DNA of 30,725 nucleotides from Myxococcota bacterium (lineage in GTDB: Bacteria > Myxococcota_A > UBA796 > CAJQPC01). Shown piece by piece: positions 10,699 through 19,524 of this stretch. Each line of letters starts with the position of its first letter. The stretch's first letter is position 1. A program made the position numbers and the translations under genes. The stretch lies in the NCBI GenBank assembly GCA_036229005.1, contig JAZAMN010000001.1, forward strand, positions 1 through 30,725, given 5' to 3'. A model generated the notes under the pieces. The model was not told the origin of the DNA. It ran no database searches and was given only the letters and a program-made list of their open reading frames with translations.

Positions 10699-10716
10699 GG
10701 GGGCTCCCGGAGTGAG

Positions 10717-10768
10717 GTGGTACTAATCAGTACCACGCCCACGCGAGGATTGGTACCAATGAGTACCA
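10717..10768. promoter_or_regulatory. Two tandem palindromic operators, probably TetR sites
   Basis: GTGGTACT-AATC-AGTACCAC (10717-10736, perfect IR) and TGGTACC-AATG-AGTACCA (10751-10768). They are 33 bp apart, between the TetR stop and the lipoprotein start. Confidence 0.8.
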
Positions 10769-10788
10769 TTTCATCCCCCGACCGGGGA

Positions 10789-11352
10789 TCAGCGCTGCGG
10801 GCTCAGCGCGGAGAAGGCAAGTCGAAGCTTCTCTTTCATCGTGTCGAGCTGCGGGCGCTCCGGATCCTCGACCGCCTCCAGCAGCATGTCGTTGGCCCCG
10901 CCCACGAACACCCGCGCCAGCAGCGGTGCCTGCTCCGCCGACAGGCCCCCCCGGACCATCTCGTGGCTCAACAGGGCGACGAATGCCTGCTGGTTCCGAC
11001 GCCGCAGGCCCACCCCCTGGGCACCCAGGTGCAGCGGACCCAGCAACATCTCCCGGAGCAGGCGAGGACGGGCTTGGAAGTGCTCCACGTAGGCCGCCAG
11101 CCCCGCGTCCACCCGGGCGTGGGGGTCTTGGTGCTGGGCCAGGGCCGCCAGCAGGGCGGCCTGCAGTGCGGCGGCCTCGTGCTCGTACAGAGCGCAGAAG
11201 GCCTCCTCCCGAGAAGAGAAGGCCTGGTAGAAGCTGCGCTTGGAGGTCTTGGCCCGGCGCACCACCTCGGCGGTGGTGGTCTTCTCCCAGCCCAGGTCCT
11301 CGATGGAGGCCGCCAGGGCCGAGAGCAGGCGGGCGCGGACCGGGCTGCTCAC
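10789..11352 (-). CDS. TetR/AcrR family transcriptional regulator
   Basis: N-terminal HTH GWEKTTTAEVVRRAKTSKRSFYQAFSSREE; GTG start 4 bp after the peptidase stop. Confidence 0.9.
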   Translation of the reverse strand: MSSPVRARLLSALAASIEDLGWEKTTTAEVVRRAKTSKRSFYQAFSSREEAFCALYEHEAAALQAALLAALAQHQDPHARVDAGLAAYVEHFQARPRLLREMLLGPLHLGAQGVGLRRRNQQAFVALLSHEMVRGGLSAEQAPLLARVFVGGANDMLLEAVEDPERPQLDTMKEKLRLAFSALSPQR

Positions 11353-11356
11353 CGGC

Positions 11357-13153
11357 TCAGAGGCCCTTGAGCCAGCGCACCCGGCGGGCGATCACCTGCT
11401 CGTCGGCGTCCTCGTCGACCTCCAGCACCGCGCAGTGCTCGGTGGGGGCGTCCAGGGTGACCTCGCGGGTGATCAGCTCGTCTCGCCGGAAGGCGTGGAG
11501 CTGGACCACGCTGCCCGGGGGGTAGGCCGCGAGCTGGGACTCGGGCTTGACCGCCTTGACCCCATCGATCGCGACGAGCTCGTCTCCAGCGGACAGGCCG
11601 GCGAGCTGCGCGGCCCCGTCGTCGTACACGTTCCGCAGCTTGCGCCCGGAGAAGCTGGCCCCGATCTGGCCCTTGGCCCGGAGCTTGCTCAGGTCCTTGA
11701 CCACGCTGCCGCCCTTGTCGCTGCCGTCCTTGGCGGGGCGGAAGCTCAGGCGCACACCGAAGGCCGCCAGCAGGGGCCCCAGAGGCAGGTCTTCGGTCCC
11801 GCGCACGGCCTGGTCGAAGAACTCGGACAGGTCCGCGCCGGAGAGCTCCTGGGCGACCTTCTCGATGCCATCCTCCGGCACGCCGATGCCCTTGGAGCCG
11901 TAGTCGGCCCACAGGGTGCGCATCACGTCGTCCAGGGTGACCTTGCCCTCGGTGTGCAGGCGCAGGGTCAGGTCCAGGGCCAGGGCCGCGAGCGAGCCCT
12001 TGGCGTAGTAGGAGACGATGGCGTTGGGGGCGTTCTCGTCCTGGCGGTAGAACTTGGTCCACGCGTCGAAGCTGGACTCGGCCAGCGACTGCTTGTGCCG
12101 CCCGGAGCCCTTGCGCACGCGGGTGATGGTGCGGCCCACCAGCTCCAGGTAGGACTTCACGTCGATGCGCTCGGTGCGGCAGAGCACCAGGTCGTCGTAG
12201 TACGAGGTGATGCCCTCGAACGCCCACAGCAGGGTGGTGTAGTTCTCGGTGCTCAGGTCGTAGGGCACGAACGCGGCGGGCTTGATGCGCTTGACGTTCC
12301 AGGTGTGGAAGTACTCGTGCGAGCACAGCCCCAGCAGGTTGCGGTAGCCCTCGCTCACGCCGTGCTCGCCGGGCATGGGCAGGTCATCGCGCTTGGCGAT
12401 CAGCGAGGTGCTGGCGCGGTGCTCCAGGCCGCCGTAGCCGTTGCCCACCACCATGAGCTGGAAGAGGTAGCGATCCATGGGCGCGGGCTCGCCGAACATC
12501 TTGATCTGGTGGGCGCAGATGGGCTCCAGGTCCTGCACCAGGCGCTGCAGGTCGCCGCGGTGGATGCCGGTGACGGCCAGATCGTGGGGGACGCCGGCGG
12601 CCTCGAAGGTCACGAGCTCGAAGCTGCCCATCTCGACGGGGTGGTCGATCAGGGCGTCGTAGTCGGGGGCCTGGTAGCTGCCGAAGCCGTAGCGGGGGGC
12701 CTCCAGCTCGGGCAGGGTCGTGGCGACGCGCCAGTCCTTGCAGAGGGGATCGGCGGGCGCCTCCAGCTCGACGGTGTGCGGCTGCTCGCTCTGGCCGACG
12801 ACCTCCAGGAAGAGGGAGGTGCCGTTGAAGTAGCCGTGGGTCTGGTCCAGGTGGGCCATGCGCACGGAGAGGTCCCAGGCGTAGACCTCGTAGCGCAGGG
12901 TGAGGGGGCCCACCGTCTTGGCTGCCTTCCACGTGGCCTTGTCGATCTTGCTCAGCGGCACAAGCGAGGTGCTTGAGTCCCGGGCCTCGATCTGCACGAT
13001 GTTCTTGGCGAACTCCCGCACCAGGTAGGACCCGGGGATCCAGCCGGGCAGGCGGAAGACCTGGCCCTCGGGGTCGGGCGCGTCCACGCGGAGCGTGACG
13101 GTGAAGATGTGGGCGGCGGGGTTGCTTGGGGCGACGGTGTAGTGAATGGCCAT
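11357..13153 (-). CDS. M61 family (glycyl) metallo-aminopeptidase with C-terminal PDZ domain
   Basis: PGWIPGSYLVREF, GGLEH, HEYFHTWNVKRI (HExxH), LWAFEGITSYY, SYYAKG, PDZ-like AGLSAGDELVAIDG. Confidence 0.95.
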   Translation of the reverse strand: MAIHYTVAPSNPAAHIFTVTLRVDAPDPEGQVFRLPGWIPGSYLVREFAKNIVQIEARDSSTSLVPLSKIDKATWKAAKTVGPLTLRYEVYAWDLSVRMAHLDQTHGYFNGTSLFLEVVGQSEQPHTVELEAPADPLCKDWRVATTLPELEAPRYGFGSYQAPDYDALIDHPVEMGSFELVTFEAAGVPHDLAVTGIHRGDLQRLVQDLEPICAHQIKMFGEPAPMDRYLFQLMVVGNGYGGLEHRASTSLIAKRDDLPMPGEHGVSEGYRNLLGLCSHEYFHTWNVKRIKPAAFVPYDLSTENYTTLLWAFEGITSYYDDLVLCRTERIDVKSYLELVGRTITRVRKGSGRHKQSLAESSFDAWTKFYRQDENAPNAIVSYYAKGSLAALALDLTLRLHTEGKVTLDDVMRTLWADYGSKGIGVPEDGIEKVAQELSGADLSEFFDQAVRGTEDLPLGPLLAAFGVRLSFRPAKDGSDKGGSVVKDLSKLRAKGQIGASFSGRKLRNVYDDGAAQLAGLSAGDELVAIDGVKAVKPESQLAAYPPGSVVQLHAFRRDELITREVTLDAPTEHCAVLEVDEDADEQVIARRVRWLKGL

Positions 13154-13279
13154 GCAGTCAGCGTAGCCCGGACAGGTGCGCGGGCAAGGCCATCGTGTGC
13201 CCCAGCCGCTCCTCGCCGGTCAGTCCCAGCGCCTCTGGCAGAATCCCGCCGATCAACCCCAAGCGGTGAGCCCACAGTG

Positions 13280-14725
13280 ATGCGACGAGCCGGCGTCCTC
13301 CTCCACATCAGCTCCCTCCCCTCCAATGGTCCGATCGGGGACCTGGGCCCCGCCGCCCGGGCCTTCGTGCGTTGGCTGGCCGACAGCGGGCTGCGCTCCT
13401 GGCAGATCCTGCCGACCAACCCGGTGGGCCCGGGGCGCTCCCCCTACGCGAGCCCCTCGGCCTTCGCGGGGGAGCCTTCGCTGATCAGCGTCGAAGACCT
13501 GGTCGCAGACGGCCTGCTCCCCGCCCAGAGTCCGCCCCCCGCCCGCGATCGCGTGGACGTGGACGCCATCGAGGCCTGGAAGATGCCCCTGCTGCAGCAG
13601 GCCGCCGACGCGCTGATCAAGCGGGAGCCGGAGGCCCTGGACGCCTTCACCCAGCAGCAGCCCTGGGCCGCCGACTGGGCCCTCTACGCCGCGCTGGCCG
13701 AGCACCATGGGGGCGGCTGGTGGACCTGGCCCAAGGGGCTGCGCCGACGCCACGCGGCCACCCTGGACAAGGCCCGAAAGACCCACCACGCCTCCATCCA
13801 GCGGCACCTGGCCCTGCAGGTGCTCTTCGAGCGGCAGTGGACCCGGCTGCGGGCGGAGTGTGACGCCCACGGGGTCGAGCTTATCGGCGATGTCCCCATC
13901 TTCGTCTCCGGCGACGGCGCCGACACCTGGGCGCACCGGGCGCTCTTCCTGATGGACCCAGACGGCGTGCAGTCCGTCCGCGCCGGCGTGCCCCCCGACT
14001 ACTTCTCCCCTCAGGGCCAGCTCTGGGGCAACCCGCACTACGACTGGGACGCCATGGCCGCCCAGGACTACGCCTGGTGGAAGGCCCGCCTGGGGCGCTG
14101 TCTGGCCCAGTGTCACGTGGTGCGCGTGGACCACTTCCGCGGCTTCGAGTCCGCCTGGGCCGTCCCCATGGACGCCGAGACCGCCATGGAGGGCGCGTGG
14201 GTCCCCGGCCCCGGCAAGGCCCTGTTCGACGCCCTGGGCCCGCTCCCCCTGATCGCCGAAGACCTGGGCATCATCACCCCCCAGGTGGCCTCGCTCCGGG
14301 ACGCCACCGGCCTGCCCGGGATGAAGGTGCTCCAGTTCGCGTTCGGCGGTGAGCCCGATCATGAGTTCCTGCCCCACAACTTCGCCTCCCCCAACTGCGT
14401 CGCCTACACGGGCACCCACGACAACGACACCACGCTGGGCTGGTACCGCAGCGCGCCTCCCCAGGTGCAGCACGCCTTCCGCGTCTACGTCGGTCGGGAC
14501 GGCCACGACGCGAGCTGGGACCTCATCCGCCTGGCCTGGGGCAGCATCGCCGAGCGCGCCATCGCGCCCATGCAGGATCTCCTCTCCCAGGGCAGCGAGC
14601 ACCGCATGAACATCCCCGGCCAAGCCCAGGGGAACTGGGGCTGGCGCATGGATCGCTGGCCCGCGCCTTGGGTGGGTCCGCGCATCGCCGAGCTCTCGGC
14701 GGCATATGGTCGGTGCCTGCCCTGA
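13280..14725 (+). CDS. malQ: 4-alpha-glucanotransferase (amylomaltase, GH77)
   Basis: RRAGVLLHISSLP, WQILP, SPY, AGVPPDYFS, GQLWGNP, RVDHFRG, IAEDLG, YTGTHDNDT, RMNIPG...NWGWR. Start moved from 13109 to ATG 13280. Confidence 0.95.
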   Translation: MRRAGVLLHISSLPSNGPIGDLGPAARAFVRWLADSGLRSWQILPTNPVGPGRSPYASPSAFAGEPSLISVEDLVADGLLPAQSPPPARDRVDVDAIEAWKMPLLQQAADALIKREPEALDAFTQQQPWAADWALYAALAEHHGGGWWTWPKGLRRRHAATLDKARKTHHASIQRHLALQVLFERQWTRLRAECDAHGVELIGDVPIFVSGDGADTWAHRALFLMDPDGVQSVRAGVPPDYFSPQGQLWGNPHYDWDAMAAQDYAWWKARLGRCLAQCHVVRVDHFRGFESAWAVPMDAETAMEGAWVPGPGKALFDALGPLPLIAEDLGIITPQVASLRDATGLPGMKVLQFAFGGEPDHEFLPHNFASPNCVAYTGTHDNDTTLGWYRSAPPQVQHAFRVYVGRDGHDASWDLIRLAWGSIAERAIAPMQDLLSQGSEHRMNIPGQAQGNWGWRMDRWPAPWVGPRIAELSAAYGRCLP

Positions 14726-14731
14726 GCTGCC

Positions 14732-15208
14732 ATGTCCGTCATCAAGTCCATCGCCCGGCTGCCCTTCAAGCTGGCCAAGGTGCTCGCACGCAAGATCCAG
14801 GAAGAGGATCGGGCTTTCTATGAGAAGCAGGCTGCGGCCCGCTCGGAAGAGGTCGTCCAGATCACCAAGGATCGAATCCCCGCGCACGAGCTCGCCGATC
14901 TGCCCGCAAGCGAGGTCACCCTGACGCCGAACGCCGCCGCTGGGCTGGACCCGTTCTGGCTGGACGTCCGGGATCCGGGCGCCTGGGGGCGGGAGCGCAT
15001 CGCCGGCGCCGAGCACATGCGGGCCGTGGATCTGATGATCCGCCTGGCCGAGCTGCCCTCAGACACCCCGCTGGTGTGCTACTCCGATGATGGAGAGCTG
15101 GGCTTGACCGCGGTCCTCTTCTTGAGGCGGCGCGGGTTCCACCAGGCCTGGAACCTCAAAGGAGGCATCAAGGCATGGAAGTCCGCCGGTCACCCCACCG
15201 AGTCCTGA
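14732..15208 (+). CDS. Rhodanese-like domain protein (catalytic Cys apparently replaced)
   Basis: LDVRDP..W..ERIAGAEH, LVCYSDDG, GFHQAWNLKGGIKAW. Confidence 0.85.
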   Translation: MSVIKSIARLPFKLAKVLARKIQEEDRAFYEKQAAARSEEVVQITKDRIPAHELADLPASEVTLTPNAAAGLDPFWLDVRDPGAWGRERIAGAEHMRAVDLMIRLAELPSDTPLVCYSDDGELGLTAVLFLRRRGFHQAWNLKGGIKAWKSAGHPTES

Positions 15209-15756
15209 TCCTGGCCGCGCTGATCGGCGCCGGCTCCCTGGCCTGCGGCGGCGTCAAGGGCATGCTCCCCAAGGAGGTCTACGACGCCGACCTCACCTGC
15301 GACGGGGAGGCCATCGCGCGCACCCCCCGCGGCAAGGACTGCGTGACCGCCGAGCTGGTCTGCGGCGACTCCGTCACTGGCACGACCGTCAAGGGCGCCT
15401 CCAACTACGGCGACAAGTTCTACTCGGGCGACTCCTTCTGCAGCTCGCTGCCCGACAACTACGAGGGCCCCGAGCGCGTCTACCGCCTGAACATGCCCGC
15501 CAACGCCGAAGCCGAGGTCCTGCTGGACTCCCCCTGCGAGGACCTGGACCTCTTCGCCATCCGCTGGCCCGACCAGCACACCTGCCCCAACGAGCAGCAC
15601 AGCATCTCCCAGTGCGACGAGGACGACTCCAAGGGCGACGGCTCCCTGATGCTCTACTCGGACAAGCGCCCCCGCACCTTCCTGTTGGTGGTGGATGGCA
15701 AGGAGAGCGCGACCGGTGAGTTCGGCCTCAAGGTCAACTGCTGGGAGCGGGGCTGA
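15175..15756 (+). CDS. Cys-rich lipoprotein with a PPC-like beta-sandwich domain
   Basis: LILAALIGAGSLAC lipobox; GPERVY, DLDLFA, LLVVDG...GEFGLKVNC pattern; 8 further Cys. Confidence 0.75.
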   Translation: MEVRRSPHRVLILAALIGAGSLACGGVKGMLPKEVYDADLTCDGEAIARTPRGKDCVTAELVCGDSVTGTTVKGASNYGDKFYSGDSFCSSLPDNYEGPERVYRLNMPANAEAEVLLDSPCEDLDLFAIRWPDQHTCPNEQHSISQCDEDDSKGDGSLMLYSDKRPRTFLLVVDGKESATGEFGLKVNCWERG

Positions 15757-16766
15757 GCGGCCAGAGCAAGCGCCCCTGGTGGCAGCTCCCCCTGCAGATC
15801 GGGGCGAGCCTGCTGGTCTTGGGCCTGCTGCTGCGCGAGGCCGATCCCCAGGCCGTCTGGGGCGCGCTGACCGGGTCTTCGTTGCTGTGGCTGCTCGCCG
15901 CTACGCTGTTCAAGACCCTGGGCGTGTCCCTGCATGAGCTGCGCCTGTGGCTGGCCCTGCGCCCCTACAAGAAGATCCCGCTGCTGCCCGTGTTCGGCAT
16001 CGGCTACCTGGCCGGCCTGCTCAACGTCGTGCTCCCGGTGCGCGGCGGCGACCTGATCGCTGTCGGTCTGCTGCGGCGTGAGCTCCAGGTCCCGGCCCCC
16101 GCGGCGCTGGCCGGCGTCGTGCTCACCGGCTTCTTCGAGGCCGCCGTGTTCGGCGTCTTCCTGCTGGTCGTCATGGCCTTCGGCGCGACCCAGTGGGAGG
16201 CCCTGCTCGGGCAGGCCGAGACCCTGCGCGCCATGGGCACCCTCAGCCTGCTCACCTTCGGCGCCATCTTCGGGTCGGCGGGGCTCGTGGTGCTCGCCAG
16301 GCGGCTGTCCACCTCCGAGGATCCGGAGCCCAAGGGCCCCTCTGCGCTCCAGCTCGTCCGCGAGGCCATCGTGCGCACCGGCGAGGGCCTGAGCTCCTGG
16401 CGCTGGATGGGCTGGAACCTGGTCACCTCGGTCCTGCAGGTCGTGCTGGTCGTGCTGAGCTTCTGGGCTCTGCTGCCCGCCCTGGGCCTCCACGTCGAGT
16501 ACCCCGTGCTGGCCACCTGCGGCGTCATCGCCATCGGCGCCATGGCCGCCATCGTCCTCCCCCCCGGGCTCGGCGCCGGCCAGGCCGCCACCGCCGTGTT
16601 CGTGCTGGGCTTCTTCGGCGTCAGCGAGGCCGAAGCCATCGCCTTCACCGCCCTGAGCTGGATCTCCAACTCCATCCCGCCGCTGGTCACTGGGATCGTG
16701 CCCTTCTTCCGGCGGGTGGGGCGGATCCGGGAGATCGTGGGGGGCGCAACGCCCACCGGAGGCTGA
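15753..16766 (+). CDS. Lysylphosphatidylglycerol-synthase TM-region / flippase-like (UPF0104) membrane protein
   Basis: NVVLPVRGGDL, PPGLGAGQ, FFGVSEAEAIAF and many TM helices. First canonical start is TTG 15819; I infer a CTG start at 15753. Confidence 0.8.
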   Translation: MSGQSKRPWWQLPLQIGASLLVLGLLLREADPQAVWGALTGSSLLWLLAATLFKTLGVSLHELRLWLALRPYKKIPLLPVFGIGYLAGLLNVVLPVRGGDLIAVGLLRRELQVPAPAALAGVVLTGFFEAAVFGVFLLVVMAFGATQWEALLGQAETLRAMGTLSLLTFGAIFGSAGLVVLARRLSTSEDPEPKGPSALQLVREAIVRTGEGLSSWRWMGWNLVTSVLQVVLVVLSFWALLPALGLHVEYPVLATCGVIAIGAMAAIVLPPGLGAGQAATAVFVLGFFGVSEAEAIAFTALSWISNSIPPLVTGIVPFFRRVGRIREIVGGATPTGG

Positions 16767-16839
16767 TCCTCTTCAAGGAGCTGCGCGCACGCTCGGCCAC
16801 CGTCGAGGACGGGCTGGGCCTGTTCCACCTCGCGCGCCT

Positions 16840-17592
16840 CTAGAGGCTGTGCCCCCCATCCACCACCAGCTCCGCCCCGTTGACGAAGCCCGCCTGCTCG
16901 CTGAGCAGCCACAGCGCCGCCTGCGCGATCTCCTCGGGCAGCGCCCCTCGACCGGCAGGGGAGGCCGCCATCGCCGCGTCCAGGTTCCGGTCGCTGCCGT
17001 AGGCGTCGTGGCCCATCTCCGTGTGGGTGGGGCCCGGGGACAGCAGGTTCACGCGCACCCCTTGGGGGAACGCGCCCGCCGCCGCTGAGCGGACCAGGCT
17101 GCGCAGCGCCGCCTTGGAGGCCGCATAGGGCGCCAGGTTGTACAGCGAGAGGTCCGCCGCGATGGACCCCACGCTGACGATGCTCCCGCCGCGCCCGGCC
17201 ATGGCCCGGAGCTCCGCCTGCAGCAGCGTGAGCTGGGCGTGGATGTTGGTGTCCCAGGTGGCCTGCGCCTGCGCGGGGTCCATCTCGGTGAGCGGCGCCG
17301 CGGACTCCAGGCGGGCCGCGTTGTTGAGCGCACCCGACAGTCCCTCGCTGGTGGAGGAGAGCTCAGAGATCAGCGCGTGCACAGAGGCGGCGTCGGTGAT
17401 GTCCAGAGCCCGGGCCTGGGCCCACAGCCCCTCCTCCCTGAGCTGATGGGCAAGGCGCTCGCAGCGCTCCAGTCGGCGTGCGGCCAGCACGACCTTCACC
17501 CCCGAGCGGGCCAGCAGGGTGGCGGCGGCGGCGCCGATGCCCGAAGACGCGCCGGTGATCAAGAAGAGGCCAGGGGAGAAGCTGAGGGTCAT
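16840..17592 (-). CDS. Short-chain dehydrogenase/reductase
   Basis: TGASSGIG, NNAA, YAASK, RVNLLSPG, VDGG; AGGAG before ATG 17592. Confidence 0.9.
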   Translation of the reverse strand: MTLSFSPGLFLITGASSGIGAAAATLLARSGVKVVLAARRLERCERLAHQLREEGLWAQARALDITDAASVHALISELSSTSEGLSGALNNAARLESAAPLTEMDPAQAQATWDTNIHAQLTLLQAELRAMAGRGGSIVSVGSIAADLSLYNLAPYAASKAALRSLVRSAAAGAFPQGVRVNLLSPGPTHTEMGHDAYGSDRNLDAAMAASPAGRGALPEEIAQAALWLLSEQAGFVNGAELVVDGGHSL

Positions 17593-17667
17593 GGGGGCTC
17601 CTTGGGTTGCCCAGCCCACCTATTGACCCCTGGGGCGTATACAATCCCCCTTGAACTGGATGCACAA

Positions 17668-17682
17668 GTGAGGTCATTTCAT
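17668..17682. promoter_or_regulatory. Putative LysR box (T-N11-A with dyad GTGA-N7-TCAT)
   Basis: GTGAGGTCATTTCAT overlaps the lysR start in the divergent SDR/lysR region. Confidence 0.4.
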
Positions 17683-18559
17683 GAATGAGCTGCCCTGGGC
17701 CGGCATGGAGGCGCTCGCGGCGGTGGTCCGGGAGGGCAGCTTCCGGGGGGCCTCGGAGGCGCTGGGGCTGAGCCCATCCGCCCTATCGCACCGGGTGCGG
17801 ACGCTGGAGGAGACCCTGGGCGTCCGGGTCCTGAACCGGAGCACGCGCAGCCACGCCCTCACCCCGGCGGGGCGGGCGCTTTTGGAGGGCTTCGAGCCGG
17901 CGCGGCAGGCGCTGGTGGGCACCCTCGAGGCCATCCAGCTCCAAGCGGACCAGGTGCGGGGGCTGCTGCGCCTGAACGCCCCGCCTTTGGCTTGCCGGCA
18001 GGTGCTCCCGCCGATCTTGGCCAGACTGAGCGCGCGGCACCCCGGGGTCCAGGTCGAGCTGGTCTCGGACGGCGCCTTGGTGGACATCGTCCAGGGGGGC
18101 TTCGACGCGGGGATCCGCTTCCCGTCGGCGCTCCCGGCGGACATGATCGCGCGGCCCATCGGCCCGGAGCAGCGCTTTGTGGTGGTGGCCAGCCCCGCCT
18201 ACCTGGCCGAACACGGCGTCCCTCGGCGCCCCACGGAGCTGCTGGCGCACCGCTGCATCGGCCTGCGCTTTCCTTCCGGTCGGCGCTTTGTCTGGGAGTT
18301 CAGCCGGGAGGGGGAGAGCGCGCCGGTGCAGGTCCCGGCGGCCATCACCGTGCAGGACGCGCTGGAGGGCGTCGCGCTGGCGCGGCAGGGGCTCGGTCTG
18401 GCCTTCTGCGCCCAGTCGGACGTGCAGGCCGACCTGGACAGCGGGGCCCTGCGCAGCGTCCTGGACGACTGGCGACCCGCCGAGCCCGGCTTCCGGATCT
18501 ACTACCCCTCGCGGCGCCAGCAGCGCGCGCCGCTGCAGGCTCTATTGGCCTTGCTCTGA
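17681..18559 (+). CDS. LysR family regulator (CrgA-like), divergent from the SDR gene
   Basis: GSFRGASEALGLSPSALSHRVRTLEETLGVRVLNRSTR, GFDAGIR, ASPAYL, YYPSRR. Confidence 0.92.
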   Translation: MNELPWAGMEALAAVVREGSFRGASEALGLSPSALSHRVRTLEETLGVRVLNRSTRSHALTPAGRALLEGFEPARQALVGTLEAIQLQADQVRGLLRLNAPPLACRQVLPPILARLSARHPGVQVELVSDGALVDIVQGGFDAGIRFPSALPADMIARPIGPEQRFVVVASPAYLAEHGVPRRPTELLAHRCIGLRFPSGRRFVWEFSREGESAPVQVPAAITVQDALEGVALARQGLGLAFCAQSDVQADLDSGALRSVLDDWRPAEPGFRIYYPSRRQQRAPLQALLALL

Positions 18560-19444
18560 GGCCTTGGGCGCCTTCTTCTCCTTGCGCCGCCGATCCCGCA
18601 TCAGCCCCTCCTGCACCGTCGACGCCACCAGCTTGCCCTGGCGGTCGAAGATGCGGCCCCGGACCAGCCCGCGGGCCCCGGAGGCGCTGGCGCTCTCCAT
18701 GTCGTAGAGCAGCCAGTCGTCCATGCGGAAGGGGCGGTGGAAGTACATCGCGTGGTCGAGGGAGGCTACCTGCATGCCCGGGGTCAGCCAGCTCGCACCG
18801 TGGGGCTGCATGGCGGTCACCAACAAGTGGAAGTCGCTGGCGTAGGCGAGGAGATAGCGGTGCAGGGCGTCGTTGTCGGGCAGCTCTCCGCTGGCCCGCA
18901 GCCACACCTGCTTGGTGGCCGCGCGGCGCTCGGGCTTGATGGGGTCCAGGGGCGCGACCGGCCGGATCTCGATGGGGTTGCGGCGGCTGGCGATGGACTT
19001 GAGCGCGGGGGGCAGGCGCTCGGCCAGGCGCTCACCGAGCTGGTTCTCGGAGAGCAGCCCCTCGGGGTCGGGGGCCATGGGCTGGGGGACCTGGTGCTCC
19101 AGGCCCTCCTCCTCCGTCTGGAAGCTGGCGGCCATGTTGAAGATGGCCTTGCCGTCCTGGATCGCGACCACGCGGCGGGTCGTGAAGCTGCGGCCGTCGC
19201 GGATGGGGTCCACCGTGTAGACGATGGGGCGATCCACCTTGCCGGTGCGCAGGAAGTAGGCGTGCAGGCTGTGCACTGCCCGGTCGTCGGGGACGGTCTG
19301 GGTGGCCGCGCTCAGGGCCTGGCCCAGCACCTGGCCGCCGAACACGCTGCCCCAGCCCAGATCCTGGGACTGTCCACGAAAGAGGTTCTCTTCGATGCGC
19401 TCGAGCTCCAGGCGGGTCAGGAGCTCCTTGAGGTCCGGGTTCAT
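18542..19444 (-). CDS. tesB: Acyl-CoA thioesterase II
   Basis: VFGGQVLGQAL, VHSLHAYFLR, RDGRSFTTRRV, YASD, ASLDHAMYFH, STVQEGLMR. Confidence 0.95.
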   Translation of the reverse strand: MNPDLKELLTRLELERIEENLFRGQSQDLGWGSVFGGQVLGQALSAATQTVPDDRAVHSLHAYFLRTGKVDRPIVYTVDPIRDGRSFTTRRVVAIQDGKAIFNMAASFQTEEEGLEHQVPQPMAPDPEGLLSENQLGERLAERLPPALKSIASRRNPIEIRPVAPLDPIKPERRAATKQVWLRASGELPDNDALHRYLLAYASDFHLLVTAMQPHGASWLTPGMQVASLDHAMYFHRPFRMDDWLLYDMESASASGARGLVRGRIFDRQGKLVASTVQEGLMRDRRRKEKKAPKASEQGQ

Positions 19445-19524
19445 GGACGCCTCCAGGGGGTGCCGCCTCCTATTCCCGAACGGTCGTTCGGTCCATTCGC
19501 GGAGACCCGGTGTAGGCTCGGGCG

